Shown one piece after another: positions 53,901 to 64,000 of a stretch of DNA of 64,000 nucleotides. Both the position numbers and the translations under genes were made by a program. The notes below the pieces were generated by a model. It had not been told where the DNA came from, searched no databases, and saw nothing but the letters and a program-made list of their open reading frames with translations. Origin of the DNA: Octopus vulgaris (lineage: Eukaryota); assembly GCA_951406725.2 (NCBI GenBank), contig OX597815.1:21266001-21330000 (forward strand), read 5' to 3'. Position 1 is the first letter of the stretch; every line of letters starts with the position of its first letter.

Positions 53901-55949
53901 CTGAATAGAAAAAAACATTTAGTTGAAAATGTTCTTGTTTACTTGTTTCTGTCATTTGACTATGGCCATGCTGGAGCACCGTCTTTAGTCGAGAAATCGC
54001 CCCCAGGACTTATTCTTTGTAAGCCCAGTACTTATTCTATCAGTCTCTTTTGCCGAACTGCTAAGTTACGGGGACGCAAACACACCAGCATCAGTTGTCA
54101 AGTGATGTTTGGGGGACAAACACAGATTCACAAACACATACACACACACACACACATATATATATATATGTTCTTATTAGTTTTTAACCTCATTTATTTT
54201 CATAGAGCACAATGCCATTGCATTGAGGAACCTCTCTCTCTCTCTCTCCATCTTTTGTTGTCTAATGAGAAGCATATACATACAGGTACCTTCTTATGAA
54301 TATGGCAACAGTATTATATGTCAAGGCGGTGAGCTGGCAGAAACATTAGCAAGCCGGGCGAAATACTTAGCGGTATTTCATCTGTCGTTATGTTCTGAGT
54401 TCAAATTCCGCTGAGGTCGACTTTGCCTTTCATCCTTTTGGGGTCGATAAATTGAGTACCAGTTACGCACTGGGGTCGATGTGATCGACTTAATCCATTT
54501 GTCTGTCCTTGTTTGTCCCCTCTATGTTTAGCCCCTTGTGGGTAGTAAAGAAATGAGTATTATATGTCTGTCTTTTTTGGTATGTAGTAATGTATATACA
54601 CAGATAAATACATTGAAATTTCTCAACATAAATCATTAGAACCGTTTACTTACATTATGAAGCTAACACTTTTGAAACTAAGAAATTTCTTTTTTTATTT
54701 ATTTATTTATTTTTCCAGTAGCTGTATCTTTATTAGTAAACTGAATGTCTTTAATGTTCCTATTGAGAAATGCATGTCTGTGTACTTACCACACATACAT
54801 AATTCTTTTCTACTCTAGGCACAGGGCCCGAAATTTTTAGGGAGGTAGGGGGCAGTCGATTTGATCAACCCAGTACATAACTGGTACTTAATTTATCGAC
54901 TCTGAAAGGATGAAAGGCAAAGTCGACCTCGGTGGAATTTGAACTGAGAACATAAAGACAGACAAAATACCTATTTCTTTACTGCTCACAAGGGGTTAAA
55001 CACAGAGAGGACAAACAAGGACAGACTAACGGATTAAGTCGATTACATCGACTCCAGTGCACAACTGGTACTTAATTAATCGACCCTGAAAGGATGAAAG
55101 GCAAAGTCGACCTCGGCGGAATTTGAACTCAGAATGTAACAGCAGACGAAATACCGCTAAGCATTTTGCCTGGTGTGCTAATGTTTCTGCCAGCTCGCCG
55201 CCTTCACATACATACATTTTTGACCGGACAGATAATGATGATATCATATATATATATGTGTTTGTACCTGTGTAAACATGTATCCATATGTGTCATGCAT
55301 ACAGAGAAACAGACAAACAAAATAGAGATTCATATTTTTGTTCTATCTTTTGACAATAGTCTTGAGAAATGTATGTGTCTGTCTACATATATGCAGAGGG
55401 AGAGAGAGAGTGTGTTGAGTTACTAATCAAACTGAAAGTTATGTTACAAATGGACAGATTTCACAAAAATTATAATAATGATTATTATTATCATTATTTA
55501 AAGCAGTGAGCTGGCAAAATCATTAGCACATCAGGCAAATTGTTTAATAGTATTTTATCAGGCTTTTTATGTTTTGAGTACAAATACAGCCAAGGTTAAC
55601 TTTATCTTTCATCATTTCAGGCTGATAAAATGTGTAACAGTTGAGTGCTGGGGTCAATGTAATTAACTTCATCCTCCCATAAAATTATTATTATTATTAT
55701 TAGTATCATTATTAAGGCGGCAAGTTGGCCGAATCGTTAGCACGCCAGGCGAAATGCGTAGCCGTATTTCGTCTGCCGTTACGTTCTGAGTTCAAATTCT
55801 GCCGAGGTTGACTTTGCCTTTCATCCTTTTGGGGTCGATAAATTAAGTACCCGTTACGCACTGGGGTCGATGTAATCAACTTAATCCGTTTGTCTGTCCT
55901 TGTTTAGCCCCTTGTGGGTAATAAAGAAACAATTATTATTATTATTATT

Positions 55950-57607
55950 ATATCATCTTTGTCCAGCAGGACAAACACAAGTCTTGTCAAAAGGTCAGGT
56001 ACTACTACACAAGCAACTGGAAAACCAGTTTTCTTTCACCAACAAGTAGTTTGGTCAGTAGCCAAGCCTAAGATGTTTATGGTTGGATTGAGTGGGTATG
56101 CATTGGTTTAAAACTATTTTCTTTTTACTGAAGACCCACTGACTCGTAAGTACACAAACTTGTCAAGTGTGACAAATGTGACCTTTAAAAAATACATGGA
56201 GAGACTTACTCAAGGAGTGGAAAATAAAATATCTGATGAACTTCCAAGTAAACTTTTGTCAGTAATCGATGATTGGACTAAGGGTTTGACATATTACATT
56301 GAACTTTCTGCATCTTGTTTGTGCAATTATCAAAATGACTATCGTACTGTTTTACTGGCATTTTCGCCAATGGTAAGTGAAACATAATTCACTGCTTCTG
56401 ATTATGTCGAATTTATAGAGACTGTGTTAAGTGTCTATAACAGAAATTTAGGAAATGTAGCTATTACCAGAGATAATACTGAAGTGAACAAATCTATAGC
56501 AAATTTGTGAAGAATACCATTGATTGGATGTGCCTCTCATAAATTCCATCAAACTGTTTCTGCTTATCTCGACAAGCAAGAAGTTTTTATTTATATATTA
56601 CCCGCAAGGAGCTAAACATAGAGGGGTCAACCAAGGACAGACAAACGGATTAAGTCAATTATATCGACCCCAGTGCGTATCTGGTACTTATTTAATCGAC
56701 CTCAAAAGGATGAAAGGCAAAGTTGACCTTGGCAGAATTTGAACTCAGAACGTAACGGCAGATGAAATACCGCTAAGCATTTTGCCCGGCATTCTAACAT
56801 TTCTGCCAGCTCGCCGCCTTGCAAGAAGTTCTGCCTTGATAAAATTACTAAGTTGATGGGCATACTAAAATCATTAAAACCTGCGGGTAAACTTCAGGAA
56901 AAAACGTCTTCGCAACCTATACAAGGAAATAAAACCTGTTGGTCCAGTACTGATGACATGATTGAGAAGTATATCCAACTCAAGCCGTTTTCAGACTCTT
57001 TTCAAGGCGATCCAAAGCTGGTTAATTATCTATTGATTCCATGCAATCATAATGATCTGCAGATTCTAAAAGAAAGTTTAGGAAAGTTACACTCAGTAAC
57101 AGTCGCCTTGCAAAAACAGAAATAGATGGGGGAGATGCTCGAATTCTTTTTTGATGAAATTCTCGCATTGAACTCTTACAAAGGGGTTGAAAATATTTGC
57201 TTCCTCGGCATCCACTGTGCAAGCCCAACTTTTGAAAGTGGACTTGTGAAAATTTTACAACATACAGAAGCAGAGCCAACTGCAGATGAACAGGCTGCTG
57301 CTCTGCATCAGCTGAAAGTGGTGACAGATACATTACAACAGACTGATTTACCTATAGAAAATGATGATTTTACTTCAATTTGTTTGAAAAGACACAAAAC
57401 AAAATTTCACCTCAGCAATATCTGAACTGAAGATTTTTGTTACCAATGTCCTGCATCTTGGAATGTTTCTTCAGCTCAGCAGGTTACGCTTTTAATGATT
57501 TTTGGCAATACTTAACACCAATGAATTTAAAGATGCAATTATTTCTAAAAGTCAATCGTGCCTTCTGGGATGAAGACCTAGTTTCAGAAATTTGCAACCG
57601 TTCATGA
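55950..57607 (+). mobile_element. Pseudogenised hAT-superfamily transposase interrupted by a SINE (56590-56820)
   Basis: D.WT, LIGCASHKF, NKTCWSSTDDM and LP.S...ECFFSSAG motifs across frameshifts and stops. Confidence 0.68.
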
Positions 57608-58259
57608 CCTTTTGCTATATTAGAACATTTTAATTGTGCAACTCATTTGAGAAACTCTTTCAGTTAAAGACCTTCAATTTATTTGTTTTTCAACTACTGT
57701 ACAATGTAAAGTATACACAGTGGTGTAGCTAGAGTGTGTGCCACCCAAGACGGCCCCTTCAGTTTTTCCACCCTCGAGCCCCACAAAAAATACATATTGC
57801 ACAGTGACTATATCAATTGTTGAATTTAGGGTTGAGCTGTGTCCTTGTCCCGACATTGAAACCACAATTATTTTATTTTAATACAGCTTATACAGGCTTA
57901 TAGCTAACAGCAAAACCCCATGAAAGTGCTGCCCGGTGAAGACCACTCCCTCTGCCCCACTCTAGCTACGCTAGGAAATATACATGTTATTTGTTCCCTA
58001 TTCTAAATCAATAAAATCGAACTTTGAAAGTTTTCTGATAATTAAGTTTTTTGAAACTATAAGACATGACATTTATTTTACTATCATTTTGGCTCTTATC
58101 TAAATCGATGCGAACACTCCAAAATATATGGTGCTTTTACATTTGGCAAAATAATTGACAATTAATTGCAATAATTGATTGGCCTGTATCCCAATTAAAA
58201 TTAATTGATTGCTAGGAAAATAATTGATTGAAAAGGTTCCAATCAATTATTTACAACCC

Positions 58260-58620
58260 TTGGTTGAGGCCTCACATTGTGTCATACTTTGCCCGTCATC
58301 AGAATGACATATTCTAACATGACAACACCTCATACCCATACTGCCAGGTTGACCACAGACTTCCTCTAACAGCACAACATTCAGACACTGCCATGGTCTG
58401 CCCTAAGTCCGGACTTGAACTCCATAGAGCACCTGTGGGATGAAATCCAAAGAATGCTAAATGACATCCATCCAAAGCCAACAGCTGCGGCACTACTCAC
58501 AAATTTTAACAGAGCGTAGGCTGCTATCCCCATGGCCTTCATGAATCATTTGGTGCATTCAGTGTACAGAAAATGCTTGGTGATAATCAATGCTGACAGT
58601 GGTCACACAAGATACTGAAT
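58260..58620 (+). mobile_element. Tc1-like transposase C-terminal remnant
   Basis: LPWSALSPDLNSIEHLWDEIQRML...NADSGHTRY*. Confidence 0.75.
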
Positions 58621-58813
58621 TCATCCCTTTGGATCCAAGACACTCTGTCATCATGTGACACCATGTAACATCAAACATGTTTCAGGAAATGATGTTTTAT
58701 CTTTAAGAAAGGACGGTTTCTTAATTAGCACTCTTCAATCAATGCTATGGCAGTCTGTTAATAAATCGGTTTCTATTTAGTATGTGTGTGATGTTTCTTT
58801 TGTGGTTCAGTTT

Positions 58814-59633
<820 letters not shown>

Positions 59634-59737
59634 TGGTAAAAACAGTAAGATAACAAAAGAAAGAAAGAGATCTCGATATTATGAAAATAGAGGAATTTAT
59701 CTGTAAATGTAATATGTGATGATTATTCGGCAGCCAA

Positions 59738-59798
59738 GATAAAACTCTGAGTTTCAGATGCCGAGATGGAAATCCACACCACCATCTCTTCAGTTATC
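59738..59798 (-). ncRNA. Type-I hammerhead-like motif, second copy of the 10171 family
   Basis: gauaa-CUGAAGA-gaug...cauc-u-GAAA-cucagag-UU-uuauc; the element (59634-59869) abuts a long (TA)n tract. Confidence 0.58.
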
Positions 59799-60649
59799 CA
59801 CCTCGGCATCCGAAACTCAGAGTTTTATCTTGGCTGCCGAATAATTGTCACATATTACATTTACAGATATCATCATCGTTTAACGTCCGTTTTCCGTGCT
59901 AGCACGGGTTGGACGGTTCGACCGGGGTCTGGGAAGCCAGGAGGCTGCACCAGGCTCCAGTCTGATCTGGCAGTGTTTCTACAGCTGGATGCCCTTCCTA
60001 ATGCCAACCACTCCATGAGTGTAGTGGATGCTTTTTACGTGCCAGAGGAGGCTGGAAATGGTCACGATCGGTTGGTGCTTTTTACATGGCACCGGCACAG
60101 AAGCCAGTCAAGCCGGCATATATATATATATGTATGCATGTGTGTGTATGTGTACAACAGAGACGTCATGAGTCACAATCTAAATGCTTTGTTTGAGGAC
60201 CTTTCGAATGTCTGATTCAACTTATCACTTGTTGAAGTATTCTCTGGTCTTGTGATAGGATATCTTTATCATCCAGAGATCAAAATTTGTATCAACAATG
60301 CAAAATTCATTGGAGTACAACCTTCACACAATATGTCTCACAATGTCTTTCAGTGTTTGCTAATAAGGATTTGGAATGCTTGCAAGTAACTGCAAATTAG
60401 TTTCTATGATGTGTAAAACACTGTCCTTCATCTTGAGAACTGATGTACTGTTTAACTCAGAGAAACCATGAAAGAGCACTTTTACTTCTAATGTTGTTGA
60501 GGGAGGTCATTTTTGTTTCTTTTCCAGTTTTGAACAAAATCTAGATTTCTGCATCTGGGTTTGCATTGTGATATAGAAGAAAATATTCGGAACTATTACT
60601 ACATCATTTGTGTCAGTACAGATCATTCTAATAGAAGGAAGTTACATCC

Positions 60650-60774
60650 ATGCATACATACATACATACACGCATATACATACACACATATACATATATA
60701 TATATACACACACACATACATACATAAATATGCATATAAATACATATATACACATACATACATGCATGCATACA

Positions 60775-60807
<33 letters not shown>

Positions 60808-60888
60808 GCATGCATACATACATACATACATACATATTATACATACATACATACATACATACATACATACATACATACATACATACAT
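60650..60888. repeat. (TACA)n-rich microsatellite
   Basis: Direct inspection. Confidence 0.95.
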
Positions 60889-61964
60889 AGTAGGTATCAT
60901 GTTATGATTTTAGTTTTAAATTTCCCTAGAAGTAATATCTTCATGTTCCTGTATTCTAAAATACAGATAGAAGCTTCCCTAAATTTATCAGTGCACGTTT
61001 TATTGTCTAATATTATCAGGTCTTGAAAGGGATTTTCTACTTCAAAAATGGCATTCAGTAAGCTTGTAATAATGGCAAAAATGATGTTGAGACACATATT
61101 TTTGCTTATAATGTTAACAATCGCTATTTTTTTTACCATGAGTTGTGCCACTGTGCATTTTGAATCCTGTGCTCTAACAAGGTAAGGTTTACAGTGGTAC
61201 CAATCACACCACCAACCATTCTCTTTCATTTAATGCATTCAATCTTCATTATTTATTTTTTTTTTTTTAGATTTTGGCTGATTGGCATCTTTGATGATTT
61301 GGCAGTGGTTTGTCTTTATAATTTATGTATACAATATATATAACATAAACTTTATTTGATATTACAAAAATGTAATACAAAATATTAAAACACATTGAAA
61401 ATTTAGCACAGAAAACAAATACAAATAAGACCAAACACCCATACAAGGATGAGAAGCCATCATATAGGTTTGATCAAGATGCTCCACAACCGATTAGCTT
61501 CTGTTCCAATTACTTTCTTTGATTTCAGCCTTAACTGAACCATGAAGGCATGCCATACCTTCTGAACATGACTGCTTAGGTTTGATAAACCACTGGCCTC
61601 CATCCCCTCAGTCAACATATTATTCAATTTGGTTTTCATTAGGATCAGTATTAAGTTTGGTTGGTTTGCCTTTTGGAATACAGAGTAGGCACCTCATCAT
61701 TAGGAACTTCCTGTCTCTTTCTTGCCTTGTACTCTTTACTCTTACTCTTTTACTCTTTTACTTGTTTCAGTCATTTGACTGCGGCCATGCTGGAGCACCG
61801 CCTTTAATCGAGCAACTCGATCCCGGGACTTATTCTTTTTTTGTAAACCCAGTACTTATTCTATCGGTCTCTTTTGCCGAACAGCTAAGTAACGGGGACA
61901 TAAACACACCAGCATTGGTTGTTAAGCAATGCTAGGGGGACAAACACAGACACACAAACACACA

Positions 61965-62002
<38 letters not shown>

Positions 62003-64000
62003 TACGACGGACTTCTTTTCAGTTTCCGTCTACCAAATCCACTCACAAGGCTTTGGTCGGCCCAAGGCTATAGTAGAAGAAACTTGCCCAAGGTGCCACA
62101 CAGTGGGACTGAACCCGGAACCATGTGGTTGGTAAACAAGCTACTTACCACACAGCCACTCCTGCGCCTTCTATGTGTATTTATTCTTTTTGTTATCCCC
62201 TTTATTCTTTCTTAGTAGTTTCCCACTATTCTCCAGTTTCCATGTCGCCTGCCCCATTATGACAAGACTGCTGATTGTAACTCCAGCTGGTACTATCCTT
62301 GAAAGAAAACCTTACCTCAGCTTCTCTGTTATCATTAGCCTGTGACACAGATGGCACTGAAAAGGCAGTTTTATTTGCTCCTGCTTCAGACCTATGATCA
62401 TTGTTACTCTGGGAACCAAATATACTATAAAATAGTAATTAAGTCAGTTTAATCAACTTTAGAGTTTCATGTTTATAAGATATGCAATAAAACAGTAATT
62501 AATTAGCCAGTTTATTTAATCTTAATTACTACATGGAAGTAATGCATATAATTATGTATTTTGTTTGGTATCTGCCACTAGAATGCTTTCATTTTTTGCC
62601 TTCACTTCCAAGGTTGAAATTAGTATGGTTGACTTGAAAACATTCATATTTGGTATCTTTGCTCTTTATTTTGTTGACCCTGGAGGGATGAAAGGCAAAG
62701 TTGCCTTTGGCAGGATTTAAACTCAGAGTGTAAAAAGCCAAAAGAAATATCAAAAAATGGCGAGCTGACAGAAACGTTAGCACACCAGGCGAAATGCCTT
62801 GTGGTATTTCGTCTGCCGCTGCATTCTGAGTTCAAATTCCACCAAGGTCGACTTTGCCTTTCATCCTTTCGGGGTTGATAAATTAAGCACCAGTTACACT
62901 CTGGGGTCGATGTAATCAACTTAATCCATTTGTCTGTCCTTGTTTGTCCCCTCTATGTTTAGCCCCTTGTGGGTAGTAAAGAAATAAGAAATATCACAAA
63001 GCATTTTCTCTAATGTTGGTGACTTGTCAAAATGTATAATTGCTTTAAAAATGTCAAAAGGCAGCCCTTTTCTTTGATGTTCAAATGTTTCAAAACCCTT
63101 TATTGGTGAAAAGAACAGCAAGTAGCTTTATTTTTTTTATAGAGAGGAAATATTTTCTGTGCAAGGCTATGTGAAACGTGACCATTCACAGGGAACAACA
63201 ATAATAATAATATTGTGAAGCAAAAAATAAACTACTTATGCAGATAAGAATTAATGATTGGAGAAAAGTACAGCAAATATTATCAGTGTTTACATTTAGT
63301 AATAAAATTTTTTTTTTATAATTCCAAAATAAGTAACAAAGATTTTTTTTTTAAAGTTCAATCTACTAAGCTAAAAACGGGATGTTTTATCTTGTAGATA
63401 CACTTAATGAACATACGATAACATTAGATAAATTTCTTTTAAATTGTGATTTTATTTTAGTAAAAGTTAGAGATAATTTTTATAAGTGTTTACTAGCTAG
63501 CTGTCAAAAATAGTAACACAAAAGAGGTTTATATCATTATTCTGTTATCTGAGTTCATGTTTCATGTGGGTTGGTCATGTCCTTTCTTTTGAAGTAGATA
63601 AGTCTCAGTAATATTCTGAGATTGATTCGAGTAGCACTGTTCCTAGATCAAGAGAAAACATACATTTATGCATCTAGTAGATCTTTAGATAGGGGAAATT
63701 GATAGCAAATACCAATTAGTAAACCTCAGATTTAACAAACCTTTCATTTTACCCAATCAGAAAACTGTTTTCTAAAACTGACATAATGTACCTCTGCATT
63801 TCCCTCAATTCAACATCAAAAATTTATAGATTAGCTGAATCAGTAGATCAGCAAACGAAATTCCCTGCAGTATTAGTTATGACCCTTCATATATTCAAAT
63901 CCAGTAAGGGTCACATTTACCTTCACCTTCTAAAGTCAACGTACTAGTCTAAAGTCAATGTACTAGTCATTTACAGGAGCAGTTTATATTCCTGTAATGC

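Overview
AT-rich, repeat-saturated eukaryotic genomic DNA, most likely a coleoid cephalopod (Octopus-like); this is inferred from the SINE families, microsatellite load and intron sizes. Three protein-coding genes are supported. (1) The last four coding exons of mitochondrial PPR protein PTCD1 (+, 1894-12013). (2) A complete 7-exon TVP23/FAM18 Golgi membrane protein gene (-, 48619-13861, 222 aa) with a 6-codon first exon and a ~23 kb first intron. (3) An intronless glutaredoxin-DEP-DUF547 gene (+, 48747-50174), head-to-head with TVP23 and only 127 bp from its ATG. The rest is tRNA-derived SINEs, 3' ends of RTE/CR1/L1-type LINEs, MITEs (piggyBac-, hAT-, Merlin-like), a Helitron and decayed Tc1/mariner and hAT transposases. 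The most notable unannotated signal is six minimal type-I hammerhead-ribozyme-like motifs in five unrelated short elements that look Penelope-derived. Their core position 3-8 pair covaries (C-G, G-C, U-A). Nearly all short ORFs in the supplied track are repeat artefacts. All alignments and folds were done by eye.
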